Shown: positions 18,332 to 29,100, numbered from the stretch's first letter. The stretch is 64,000 nt of DNA from Deferribacterales bacterium (GCA_050251875.1 JBFWMA010000001.1:369587-433586), one strand, 5' to 3'. Numbers and translations are program-made. Notes: generated by a model from the sequence alone, not told the origin.

Positions 18332-21300
18332 ATGCGTAAGCTTATTCTAGTCGCGTTAATGTTCTTAACGTGTGCCGTGTCTTTTGCCACCAATTCTGTT
18401 TCAGGCGGTCCATCCATCGGTCAGGACGACAGCAGTTCTTCTGCCGATGTCACAAACACTACAGATGTGGATCTTCTTCGAACCATCTATGACGATGACG
18501 GTTATAATGTCTACTTTATCGGTTTACTGTTCGGCGGCACAAGCGGATTGACTCTCACCAACAACGGCACTATTTCAGTGGCGAACGACTACTCCTCTAC
18601 CACAGAAAGTGATGTTGTCAGCGGTTATCTCAGGGGTATTTATGATACTCATGCTGCAGGAACCCTCATCAATAATCGTGTTATCAATGTAAGCAGCGAT
18701 ACCACCGGCTTAACTGTTGGTTATCACAGTGAATCCAATATCTACGGTATTCAGATAGATTCGGGATCTACTTATGCCTCACTTACATCTAATGCAGGTA
18801 TATATGCAGAGGCGTCTATCACCGGAGGGGCGAGCAGCGTTGAGGTTGATGCATTAGATATTTACGGCATATACGCCAACACTCAGATAGCTAACCTTGA
18901 GAACAATTCTGACATCATCGCCGGTTTTACATTCGATTCCACAAACGGTTCAAACTATGACGTCATAGCAGGATCCTCATTTGGAGATCATAAAATAGCC
19001 GGTATTTATTACGCCGGCGGTAGTTATTTTACCAATGGAACTACAGGCAATATATTGGGTTATTTTTCATCCACAGGTGCAACTTTTGGCGGAGACCTGT
19101 ATGTAGACTACCTTTACGGAGTCGATGTAGATGGGACATTAAGTTATTATTTCCAGAATGACGGAGTTATAGGCGCAAGTATTGACCTGGACTCTCCTTC
19201 TTTTACAAGCCTTGGCGAGATAGAATATTATTACATCTATGGCGCATATATGTTTGGTGCGGATTATATAGGCAATACAGGCACAATCTATGCCGATACC
19301 GCTGTGAAAGATGTTGACAATAGTAATCCTGCTTCATCTTTTTATAGTGGCGCTATATATGGTTTGTATGTCGATTCTTCCAGCGCATCTTACATTGAGA
19401 ACAGCGGCAGAATAACTGCGGATGTTTCAATGGAAAACAGCAAATTAGGTTATTTCAAACTCTATGACACGACCGGAGTGTATGTGAATGGAGATGTATA
19501 CAACTCTTTCACAAACCAGACGGGCGGAGTTATTTCTACATCTCTTGATATAGACGGCCTATCTCTGACCAGTAACGACGGTTACGGTGTCGCGCTTGAA
19601 GCAAAGCGTTTGTACGGCACATATGTTGAAAACTCAGCCGTTACGTTTACGAACGATGGAACCATATCCACCTCAGCAAACCTGTCAGGTGTGGAATCCA
19701 GTGATATTATTAAACTGTCATATATCTACGGTGTTTATGTGGGTGATTCGGTGACCACCTTTGCCAACAATGGCAATATCAGTGCTTCTGTAAATGTCAC
19801 CGACAGTCTTGCTGCTGGCATAAGTATAGACCAATTGTACGGCGCAGCCTATTACGGCGGCAACAGCTTTGATAACAACGGAAGCATAAGCGTTTCATTC
19901 TCAGCCACAGGCAGCTATAGTTACCCCCATTTTATTTCATATGTATACGCTTTGTATCCTTCCGGGGTTACTGATGTTACTAACGACGGAACACTGTCTG
20001 CTACTGTTTCCTCTGAATCTGAGGCGTCATATATTAATGTCGGCGCTGTATATTTGCGTGGTTCTGATACTTTCACCAACAACGGCGATATCAGCCTGAC
20101 AGTCAACGGAGCTTCAGGGTCAACAACCACATACGTTGCGGCTATGCGTGTAGATAGCTCAGCTATCACTATCAACAACCCGGGCGAAGTCTACATCGAA
20201 AGCAACCTTTCAGATTCAAGCATCAGAACTCTCTATATAGAATATTCTGATGCAACCTTCGGCGATTATTTCACCATAGCGGCTGGTGGTTTTACAGGTT
20301 CAGAAAACGTGGGAGCTATATATGTAGATAACAATTCAACCCTGCACCTGAATGATTCAATCCTCGGCGTTACAATGAACAGCCACCTCGCTCTGGACAC
20401 TGCATATAAAGTGATAGAGAATGACGGCGGTACTGTGGACGGCACATTCAGCGGTCTGAGACCCTTTACAAACGCAGACTACACTCTGGCATGGGCAACC
20501 AGCGAGAGGGGCGAAGACGCGGAGGTAACCATCAGCTATGATCCCAAAGAATCAGCACCCGCACATACTGTGGCAAGCGTTGCGGGAGCTATGGGCGTTG
20601 TGTCTAACCTGTTTTCCGGCAGAGTGCTTTCCGGCAGTTTCTTCTCCGGCGGAGGCGCAGGAGGCGGAGCAGGCGGAGGTTTCGGCGGATTCTCAGGTTT
20701 CTCAGGCGATGTTTCATACCTCGGCGGTTCAGACATCCTTCTGGCTGACTCCGGCGAGATAGCCACAGACGCAGGACTGTCCTATGTCCCCGCTAAAAAG
20801 AAATCATCCGTATTCGCTTTCCCCTTCTACTCAAAACAGTCAGGTGACGGATACGACTCAAAAACATCCGGTATGGGTGTTGGCTTTGCGCGCAGGTTTA
20901 TGGACGGCGTGACAGGCACAGCCTATCTCGGCAGGATGTCTACCGATACAGATTACGATTCAGTGTCTATGGATAAAACAGAGTCAGACTCCACCTTCCT
21001 CGGTGCTGCTCTTAACTATGATAAAGGCATTTACGCCAGCGCATCTCTGATAGGCTTCATGACAGACAACAACTATGAAGGCTATAACGGTGCGGACAAC
21101 GAGTACTCAGAGTCAGCAGATTACTCATCAAAAGGTATGCAGATGGAACTGACAGGCGGTTACAGCTTTAAGATAGCTCAGGGTGTGAGATTAGTACCCT
21201 TCGGCGGTCTGTCTCTCAGCTACTACGATATGGATGCCTATAACACAGACGTTGCGGGCACAGCCAACGATGCTTATAACACTTACTACGATTCATACTC

Positions 21301-21619
21301 AGACTGGGATACCAGCCTTATAGCAGGTGTATCAGCCGAGAAGAATATTAAGCTCGGAAGCGGAGCGCTTAAAGTGTTTGGTCAGTACAGATATGACATA
21401 GCTATAGGCAACAACGACATAGTTATCAATCAGTCAGTCCCCGGTCTTAACACAGGCGACCTGAGTGTTGAGCAGTCCGTGGACAACGGCACCCATAAGC
21501 TGGGTCTGGGCACCGAGTTCAGCAAAGTTAACTGGTATACATCAGCATACGGCGAATACTCAGCCAACGCAGACTACGACTCCATGAGTTTCAAACTCAC
21601 CGCCGGATATAAATTCTAA
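18332..21619 (+). CDS. Autotransporter (type Va) 2, tandem paralog
   Basis: Near-identical signal peptide and C-terminal ~500 aa to paralog 1; shorter, divergent passenger. Confidence 0.85.
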   Translation: MRKLILVALMFLTCAVSFATNSVSGGPSIGQDDSSSSADVTNTTDVDLLRTIYDDDGYNVYFIGLLFGGTSGLTLTNNGTISVANDYSSTTESDVVSGYLRGIYDTHAAGTLINNRVINVSSDTTGLTVGYHSESNIYGIQIDSGSTYASLTSNAGIYAEASITGGASSVEVDALDIYGIYANTQIANLENNSDIIAGFTFDSTNGSNYDVIAGSSFGDHKIAGIYYAGGSYFTNGTTGNILGYFSSTGATFGGDLYVDYLYGVDVDGTLSYYFQNDGVIGASIDLDSPSFTSLGEIEYYYIYGAYMFGADYIGNTGTIYADTAVKDVDNSNPASSFYSGAIYGLYVDSSSASYIENSGRITADVSMENSKLGYFKLYDTTGVYVNGDVYNSFTNQTGGVISTSLDIDGLSLTSNDGYGVALEAKRLYGTYVENSAVTFTNDGTISTSANLSGVESSDIIKLSYIYGVYVGDSVTTFANNGNISASVNVTDSLAAGISIDQLYGAAYYGGNSFDNNGSISVSFSATGSYSYPHFISYVYALYPSGVTDVTNDGTLSATVSSESEASYINVGAVYLRGSDTFTNNGDISLTVNGASGSTTTYVAAMRVDSSAITINNPGEVYIESNLSDSSIRTLYIEYSDATFGDYFTIAAGGFTGSENVGAIYVDNNSTLHLNDSILGVTMNSHLALDTAYKVIENDGGTVDGTFSGLRPFTNADYTLAWATSERGEDAEVTISYDPKESAPAHTVASVAGAMGVVSNLFSGRVLSGSFFSGGGAGGGAGGGFGGFSGFSGDVSYLGGSDILLADSGEIATDAGLSYVPAKKKSSVFAFPFYSKQSGDGYDSKTSGMGVGFARRFMDGVTGTAYLGRMSTDTDYDSVSMDKTESDSTFLGAALNYDKGIYASASLIGFMTDNNYEGYNGADNEYSESADYSSKGMQMELTGGYSFKIAQGVRLVPFGGLSLSYYDMDAYNTDVAGTANDAYNTYYDSYSDWDTSLIAGVSAEKNIKLGSGALKVFGQYRYDIAIGNNDIVINQSVPGLNTGDLSVEQSVDNGTHKLGLGTEFSKVNWYTSAYGEYSANADYDSMSFKLTAGYKF

Positions 21620-21629
21620 ACATCCTCAC

Positions 21630-21659
21630 AGCCCCGGGTTACACCGGGGCTTTTTTTTT
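21630..21659 (+). terminator. Intrinsic terminator
   Basis: AGCCCCGG/CCGGGGCT plus T9. Confidence 0.85.
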
Positions 21660-21722
21660 GTTTTATGTTTACTTTCTTAATGCTCTTATTCATATCTTTA
21701 CCGTTTACAAAACCTGCGTTTA

Positions 21723-21748
21723 CGTTATATATATAGAGGAATAACGAT
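21723..21748. promoter_or_regulatory. Candidate ModE-type (molybdate-responsive) operator overlapping the ABC operon promoter
   Basis: CGTTAT-N12-ATAACG (CGTTATATATATAGAGGAATAACGAT); overlaps TATATA -10 located 16 nt after TTTACA (21704-21709). Confidence 0.6.
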
Positions 21749-21809
21749 ACGTAAAAACCTTTTGGTATCTGTGATTTACGGTTAGAATAACGCAAAGAGG
21801 CTTGAGAGT

Positions 21810-22865
21810 ATGTTCAGAACAGTATATGGGAAAAAGGAAAGCAATAACGGTCTTTCGTTGGGGGCGTTATTACTCATCCTTTTCGTCCTGCTTTTGGCGG
21901 CATTGTTCTTTTCCATTGTGATCGGCAGGTATGGGATTTCCATGCGAAACCTCACCGCCACCTTCTTTCCGTGGCTTCTGGACGTGAATGACGGACAGGA
22001 CGCCGCCATGCTCCACACCGTTGTTTTCAGCGTACGCATGCCCAGACTTCTCGCCGCCGTGATAATAGGCGGAGCTCTGTCCATGTCCGGAGCGGCATAT
22101 CAGGGCATATTCCGCAACCCGATGGTTTCGCCGGATATACTCGGCGCTGCCGCCGGAGCCGGATTCGGCGCCGCTGTGGGAATACTGCTCTCTTTTAACT
22201 ATTTCTGGATACAGATTTTGTCATTCGTTTTCGGTCTGGTGGCGGTGGGTGTCACATATTTCATCAGCCTGCGTTTCGGGCGCAGCAGCAACCCCACTCT
22301 GGTTCTGGTGCTTACCGGGATAGTGGTCGGCACTCTGTTCACCTCTTTCATCTCTCTTACAAAATATGTGGCGGATCCATACAGCAAGCTCCCCGCTATC
22401 ACCTTCTGGCTGATGGGCAGTCTGTCGTCCGTGGCGATGAGCGATGTCGCCATGCTGATATTTCCTGTCGTGCTGGCGGGAATTCCTCTGATGATGCTCC
22501 GGTGGCGGCTGAACGTTCTGTCTTTCGGCGATGAGGAGGCGAGGGCGCTGGGGGTGGATACCTCCAGACTTCGGCTGATAATCATAATTTGCGCCACCAT
22601 GATGACGGCTTCATCCGTGTCTATCAGCGGTCTGGTGGGCTGGGTCGGGCTGGTTATCCCGCATCTGGTGCGGATGATAACAGGACCGGATCACAAGGCT
22701 GTTCTGCCTGTGTCTGTTCTGATAGGCGGGCTGTACCTGCTGATAGTGGATAATTTCGCCAGAAATGCCTTTGCTATGGAGATACCTCTTGGTGTGCTGA
22801 CATCGATAATCGGCGCGCCTTTTTTTATATATCTGATGATGTACGGCAAGAAGAGCTGGAGCTGA
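21810..22865 (+). CDS. FecCD/BtuC-family (type II) ABC importer permease, MolB-like
   Basis: VRMPR, QGIFRNPMVSPDILG, FWLMGS, GDEEARALG, GWVGLVIPH, EIPLG. Confidence 0.93.
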   Translation: MFRTVYGKKESNNGLSLGALLLILFVLLLAALFFSIVIGRYGISMRNLTATFFPWLLDVNDGQDAAMLHTVVFSVRMPRLLAAVIIGGALSMSGAAYQGIFRNPMVSPDILGAAAGAGFGAAVGILLSFNYFWIQILSFVFGLVAVGVTYFISLRFGRSSNPTLVLVLTGIVVGTLFTSFISLTKYVADPYSKLPAITFWLMGSLSSVAMSDVAMLIFPVVLAGIPLMMLRWRLNVLSFGDEEARALGVDTSRLRLIIIICATMMTASSVSISGLVGWVGLVIPHLVRMITGPDHKAVLPVSVLIGGLYLLIVDNFARNAFAMEIPLGVLTSIIGAPFFIYLMMYGKKSWS

Positions 22866-22866
22866 C

Positions 22867-24774
22867 ATGGAAAACGTGCTGGAGATAAGAGATCTGACCT
22901 GCGGGTACAAATCCCGGGACGTGGTGAAGAATATATCGCTGAGCGTGAAGGCTGGCGAGATACTCTGTATTCTGGGACCCAACGGCGTAGGAAAAACTAC
23001 CTTTTTCAAGGCGATGATGGGGTTCATAGGCATCAGGGCAGGCGAGATTCTGTTGAAGGGCAGAAACATCCGCCATATGAGCTTCACAGACATAGCAAAC
23101 ACTGTGGGCTATGTTCCGCAGTCGCACACTCCGCCGTTTCCTTTTTCCGTGATAGATGTCGTGACGATGGGGCGCACATCCCGCATCAGTCCGTTCGCCT
23201 CTCCCTCCGCTTCAGATATAGAGATAGCGGAAAACGCTCTGGATTCACTAGGCATATCGCATCTCAGGGACAAAGTATATACCGAGATCAGCGGCGGAGA
23301 GCGCCAGCTGGTGCTTATCTCCCGTGCCATAGCGCAGGAACCGGAGATGCTGGTGATGGACGAACCGACATCCAATCTGGATTTCGGCAACCAGATACGG
23401 GTTCTGGACAGCATCAACAGGCTGTCTTCCAAAGGGCTGGGAATAGTCATGACTACCCATTTTCCCAACCACGCATTCCTCTCAGGCAACAGAGTGGCTC
23501 TGATGAAGCACGGCGAGATAATAGACGAGGGCAGTCCGGATGACGTGATTAACGAGTCGAGCATGCGCCGTGTGTACGGCATAGACGTGAAGATGATGAA
23601 CGTGGACGAAAAAGGCGTGAAAACCTGCGTCCCGCTCTTGAAAGATAATAATGAACAGGGGGAAGAATTGAAAAAAATACCCTTCATGAAACTTAAAGAC
23701 ATAACAAAAAAACGTGAAAAAGAGGAGAGCATGACCGAAATGAAGCCTCTGATGATGCCCGAGACACGTCTGGTGACGGATATGGCGGGCAGGAAAGTTC
23801 TGGTGAAATCCCAGATCAACAGCGTCTTCGGGTACAACCCGATGGTGACTGCCGTCACATTCTGTCTGGCTCCGGAGAAGATAGCCGGGCTGAACATGCC
23901 CCCCATGCCGCCGGAAAGGATGATGGCGGACGAACAGTATCTTAATCTGCCTGTGCTGGGAATCATGGGCGAGCTGTTCGGCGGCGGAGTGCATACTTTC
24001 AATCCGGATGCGGTGAAAAAAGCCAAGCCGGACGTGATTATCTCCCTGTCGCTGTCCAAGGTGGACGAGATAGAGGTGCAGACCGCTGAAAAATTTCAGG
24101 CGGAGCTGAATATCCCCGTTCTGATATATGACGGCGCTCTGGACAGATCGGGGGACGTTATCAGGCGCATAGGCGATCTGCTGGGCGTGAGCAAAAGGGC
24201 GGAGGAACTGGCGTCTTATTTCGATGAAAAATACGACAGGATAAAGAGCAAGCTGGCGAAAATATCCGCTAAAGACAGAAAAACCGTCTATTACGCTCAA
24301 TCGCCCACAGGGCTTCTCACCGAGCCGAGGGGCGCCAGACACGGAGAAGTGATAGATTTCGCCGGAGGCGTGAACGCCGCCGAGGTTTTTGAACAGAGGG
24401 GATGCGGAAAAACAAAAGTCAGCGCTGACGATCTGCTCCGCTGGAACCCTGACGTAATCATAATAATGTCTGACGAGATGAAGTCGAAGGACAGGCTGAT
24501 TAACCGCATGCCTTCCGATCCTTTCTGGTCCTGTATCAAAGCGGTGAAGAAGGGTCATATTTATGAACCCCCCGGCGGAATGTACGGATGGTTCGACCGT
24601 CCGCCGTCAGTCAACAGAATCATCGGTCTCATCTGGATGACCCATGTGCTGTACCCGGACACATTCAAGTGGGACATGGTGAGCGAGACCAGAGAGTTTT
24701 ATAAACTTTTTTACCGTATCAGTTTGAGTGAAAAACAGGCGGAGACCATGCTTGGTCCCGTGCTGAAAAAATAG
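22867..24774 (+). CDS. ABC ATPase (FecE/BtuD-like) fused to a signal-less class III substrate-binding domain
   Basis: GPNGVGKT, ISGGERQ, MDEPT, TTH in first ~257 aa; then VTDMAGR...WFDRPPSVNR paralogous to the next gene. Confidence 0.9.
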   Translation: MENVLEIRDLTCGYKSRDVVKNISLSVKAGEILCILGPNGVGKTTFFKAMMGFIGIRAGEILLKGRNIRHMSFTDIANTVGYVPQSHTPPFPFSVIDVVTMGRTSRISPFASPSASDIEIAENALDSLGISHLRDKVYTEISGGERQLVLISRAIAQEPEMLVMDEPTSNLDFGNQIRVLDSINRLSSKGLGIVMTTHFPNHAFLSGNRVALMKHGEIIDEGSPDDVINESSMRRVYGIDVKMMNVDEKGVKTCVPLLKDNNEQGEELKKIPFMKLKDITKKREKEESMTEMKPLMMPETRLVTDMAGRKVLVKSQINSVFGYNPMVTAVTFCLAPEKIAGLNMPPMPPERMMADEQYLNLPVLGIMGELFGGGVHTFNPDAVKKAKPDVIISLSLSKVDEIEVQTAEKFQAELNIPVLIYDGALDRSGDVIRRIGDLLGVSKRAEELASYFDEKYDRIKSKLAKISAKDRKTVYYAQSPTGLLTEPRGARHGEVIDFAGGVNAAEVFEQRGCGKTKVSADDLLRWNPDVIIIMSDEMKSKDRLINRMPSDPFWSCIKAVKKGHIYEPPGGMYGWFDRPPSVNRIIGLIWMTHVLYPDTFKWDMVSETREFYKLFYRISLSEKQAETMLGPVLKK

Positions 24775-24784
24775 GAGGAATAAT

Positions 24785-25852
24785 ATGAATATTGTGAAAA
24801 CTTTCAGACTTGTTGTTCTGATGATGTTTCTCTGCGTGTCTGCCTTTGCCGCCGACACATTTAAGTTCACCGATATGGCGGGCAGAACTGTTGACATCCC
24901 TGCTAAGGTGACAAAGGTTTTTTCCACCAACCCCATCGGTACTCTGTATGTATACGCCATCGCTCCCGATAAGCTGGCAGGCGTTAACTGGCCCGTGACC
25001 CCCATGGAAAAGAAATACACATCCGAAGCCTATCAGAAACTGCCCAACCTTGGCGGAAACTTCGGCGGGAAGATGGTTACTTTCAACTTTGAGGAGATAC
25101 TTAAGGTTCATCCGGATTTCATCATAGCTGTCGCCGACATAAATAATTTTGTCGTGGACGGCGTGGACAAACTTCAGGCTAAGCTGAATATCCCCATAAT
25201 ACTGCTGGACGGTGATATCAACAAAACATCCGAAGTCATCAGCATCATAGGAAAACTGACACAGTCAGAAAAAAAAGCCAAAGTTCTGACAACCTATGTG
25301 GACAAAGCTATGGGTGACGTAAAAGCCGCTCTGGCTAAAGTGCCCGCTGATAAGAAAGTCAGGGTATATTACGCTGAGGGCGCAAAAGGGCTGGAGACCG
25401 ACCCCAAAGGAAGCAGACACTCAGAGGTGATAGACATCGCCGGCGGTGTTAACGTGGCAAACGTTCAGGAGCAGGCCGGATACGGACGCACCCCCGTCTC
25501 TATGGAACAGGTGCTCAGCTGGAACGCAGACGTGATAATAGTATGTTCTGATCAGGGATTTTCCACAGACAGATTCTACACAACTATATTCACAGACGCC
25601 CTCTGGTCCGGGCTGAAAGCTGTTAAGGCGAAAAACGTTTATGAGACTCCCTTCGCTCCTTTCAACTGGATGGACAGACCCCCTTCAATCAACAGGATAA
25701 TGGGTGTCATCTGGATGACAAACCTGCTGTATCCCGAATATTATAAAGTGGATATCAAAGCGAAAACAAAAGAGTTCTATAATCTGTTCTACAACCGCAA
25801 GCTGACAGACGCCGAAGTGAACGAGATTATGGCTACATCCGTAAGAAAATAA
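24785..25852 (+). CDS. Periplasmic class III (helical backbone) substrate-binding protein
   Basis: Sec signal (AFA cleavage), FTDMAGR, NFEEILKVHPD, WMDRPPSINR. Confidence 0.92.
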   Translation: MNIVKTFRLVVLMMFLCVSAFAADTFKFTDMAGRTVDIPAKVTKVFSTNPIGTLYVYAIAPDKLAGVNWPVTPMEKKYTSEAYQKLPNLGGNFGGKMVTFNFEEILKVHPDFIIAVADINNFVVDGVDKLQAKLNIPIILLDGDINKTSEVISIIGKLTQSEKKAKVLTTYVDKAMGDVKAALAKVPADKKVRVYYAEGAKGLETDPKGSRHSEVIDIAGGVNVANVQEQAGYGRTPVSMEQVLSWNADVIIVCSDQGFSTDRFYTTIFTDALWSGLKAVKAKNVYETPFAPFNWMDRPPSINRIMGVIWMTNLLYPEYYKVDIKAKTKEFYNLFYNRKLTDAEVNEIMATSVRK

Positions 25853-25884
25853 TTTTTTCCAAAAAAAATAAATAATATTTTTGT

Positions 25885-25919
25885 GAAATATCACCGCCGT
25901 TCAAAAGCGGTGATATTTC
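25885..25919. terminator. 13-bp stem hairpin after the ABC operon (terminator or stabiliser)
   Basis: GAAATATCACCGC/GCGGTGATATTTC; weak U-tract. Confidence 0.5.
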
Positions 25920-26050
25920 TGTTTATAGTCCTCATGTCCTTATCTAATAAGTATTTATCCTGCTCCATTCTGATGGTTTTGTCGATAATTAAAGACGTCA
26001 ATCAATATTTTCCGAAAAAAATTATAAAATAATCATTATTTTTTTTGGAG

Positions 26051-26068
26051 ATTGTACCGAGGTACGAT
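26051..26068. promoter_or_regulatory. Inverted repeat upstream of the adhesin; candidate LuxR/NarL-family site
   Basis: ATTGTACC-GA-GGTACGAT, upstream of TATAGT (26090-26095). Confidence 0.45.
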
Positions 26069-26125
26069 GTTTACATTTTCCGAAGGCGGTATAGTTGAAT
26101 ATGATTTGTTTTTTGGAGGTATACT

Positions 26126-29100
26126 ATGTCTGCTATAGGAATAGTAAAATCGATTGAAGGATCCGCAACGGTACATACCGCGGACGGCCTTGTCAAGGCC
26201 TTAATGGTGGGAGATTCCATTAATCTCGGCGACTATATTGAAACGTCTGCCGGATCTAATGTAGTTGTCGCTCTTAACAACGGCAAAGAAATAAATGTCG
26301 GACCCGCTTCTGAAGTGGTGTTCGATGAATCAGTTATGGCTCCTCTCGCTGATGCGGACTCTGTTGACGCTGACAGCATGCAGCAGGCTCTGGAAAAAGG
26401 CGAAGGGCTCGACCAGCAGGACGAAGAAACCGCGGCTGGTGAGGAGACAGCGGGAGTCCTCAATCTTTCTGACTATGACCTCGGTGATACATCAGAAGGA
26501 TTCGTGGGCAGCTATCTTCTGGGAACACAGGGCGAAGGCGTAGAAACACCCGAAGGCGGAGCAAGAGACGGCAACACTGATCCCGTTGCTCTTGACGACA
26601 CAGTTGTCCTTGCGGAAGACGGAACCATCGTCATCGATGTTCTGGCTAACGACACAGACGCTGACAACGATGACCTCACGATCATCTCCTTCACACAGCC
26701 CTCTAACGGTACTCTGGTACTGAACGACAACGGCACATTCACATACACCCCCTTCGGCGACTACAACGGTCCAGACAGCTTCACCTATACAATATCTGAC
26801 GGCAACGGCGGAACATCCACAGCCACAGTGAACATCACCGTGACACCTGTGAACGATGCCCCCATCGCCACAGACAACACAGGCGAAGCCACAGAATCCG
26901 GATGGGAAGAAGCCGGCGCTAACGCTATGGGCAATGTTATCACTGACGATAACGGCGCAGGCGTTGACTCCGACATAGACAACCCCGTTTCAGACCTCTT
27001 CGTGGCAAGCGTTGACGGCACAGCCATCAGCGGCGAAACAGCCATTGCGGGTCTTTACGGAACACTTTACATCAGCGCAGACGGTTCATACCGTTATGAA
27101 ATCGACAATGACAATCCCGATGTTCAGGCACTTAATTTTGAAGACAGACTGTCTGAATCATTCGAATACACCCTGTCTGACGGCGACCTGACAGACACAG
27201 CCAACCTGACTATCAACATCAACGGCACAAACGATGCTCCCGTGGCATACGGTGAGACCAATGAGGTTACACTGGTAGAGCAGGGCGACATCGTTTATAA
27301 CGAAGACGGTACAGCCACAGAGTCTTACACCGAATACAGCGACACTGTAAGCGGCAACGTGCTCGACAACGATACCGATATCGACAACGTTGATAAATCA
27401 GACTCATCATATGACGGCACAAACCTTGAGCTTTCCGTTGCCAGCCTCGCTTTCAACGGAACAGACGCCGAATATGACGAAACTTCAGATTCTTTCACAG
27501 TTGAAGGCAAATACGGTTTCCTGACTATCAATGCAGATGGTTCATACACCTATACGCTGAACAACGAAGATCCTGATACACAGGCTCTGAAAGACGGCGA
27601 ATCAGCCAAAGAAGAATTCACATACACAGTAGAGGATGTTTACGGCGCTCCCAGCGAGGCAGCGACACTCACCATCAACATTCAGGGAACAAACGACATT
27701 CCTTATGTTTACGGCGACAACTCCGCTACTATCCAGGAAGATGTGAACGCTCAGACTATCAACACTCACATCGGTCCTTTCCCCTATTCATACGAAGTTC
27801 TGACTGCCACAGGCAACCTGGATATTCAGGATGTGGACGCCGGTGAAGATTTCTTCACTCCTTCATCTCAGAACGGACAGTACGGCAAATTCACCATGGA
27901 TTCAGACGGCAACTGGACATACACAGTTCTGAACGATGATAATATCACAGGTCTGAACCCGGTTCAGAGACTTGGCGCCGGCGAATCCATTACAGAAACA
28001 TTCACTGTATACTCACAGGACGGATCACAGTCTGAGGTTGTAACTGTTACAATCCTCGGAACAAACGATGCTCCTCAGGTTACAGGTTCTTCAGAACATG
28101 CCTATGTTAAAGAAGACTATCATGTTAATGACGGAACACTCAGCGATGACGGTTCTTTCGCTTTCACAGATGTAGACACACACGATGTCCACACTGTGAC
28201 TGTTACGGCTGTTGACGCTCAGGGCAATCCTCTTGCCGAAGGCGAAAGCAACCTCGGAACACTGACAGCGTCTGTTGTGAACGACACAACTAACGACACT
28301 CTTCCCGTGGGTCTTGTTGACTGGGATTACGATGTTGACAACAGCCTTTACGCCATCCAGTCTCTGGCTGTGGGCGAAACAATTAAAGAATACTATGCTG
28401 TAGAAGTATCTGACGGAAACGGCGGATCAACTACCAAAATAGTTGAAGTAACCATCGTTGGTACAAACGACAAACCCGTTATCTACTCCAGCGATTCCGA
28501 CACCACAGGCGGCGTGACAGAAGACACAGCGGTAAGCCACGGCAAGCTGACTACCACCGGCGACCTGTACTTCGGCGACATAGACGCCAGCGACACACAC
28601 ACAGCGTCTGTTGTATCCGGCAACTATCCTCTGCAGAACCTCGGTTCTCTCTCCGTAAGCGTTGACAACGCCACAGACACTATTTCATGGAAATACACTG
28701 TGAATAACTCTTATACTCAGTCTCTTGCTGAAGGTCAGACAAAAGACGAAACATTTGTTGTAAGAGTAAGTGACGGTCACGGCGGTTTCGCTGATCAGAC
28801 TGTAACTGTTACAATCACAGGTACAAACGACAAACCTGAAGTGTCCAGCAGCAAATCTTACGGATCAGTTCAGGAAGATTCACATGTTCATCAGGGTGCA
28901 CTGGATGACAGCGGTTCATTCAGCTTCTCCGATGTAGACTCCATAGACACTCACACAGTATCTGTAGTAGCTGTGGACAGATTCGGCAATCCTCTCACCT
29001 CTGGAAGCAACCTCGGAACACTTACAGCGGAAGTGGATGATGATTCTACCAACGATCTCCTCCACAGAGGCGAAATCGACTGGGATTACACTGTGAACAA

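Noticed and set aside
14009..21619. Diversity-generating retroelement TR/VR pair
   Set aside because: The differences inspected are mostly synonymous and not adenine-specific; no reverse transcriptase in the window.
21660..21809. Fur box or cobalamin riboswitch for the ABC operon
   Set aside because: No GATAATGATAATCATTATC-like site or B12-box recognised; the leader is short and AT-rich.
23109..24558. Antisense ORFs of 316 and 358 aa
   Set aside because: Shadows of the ABC fusion gene.
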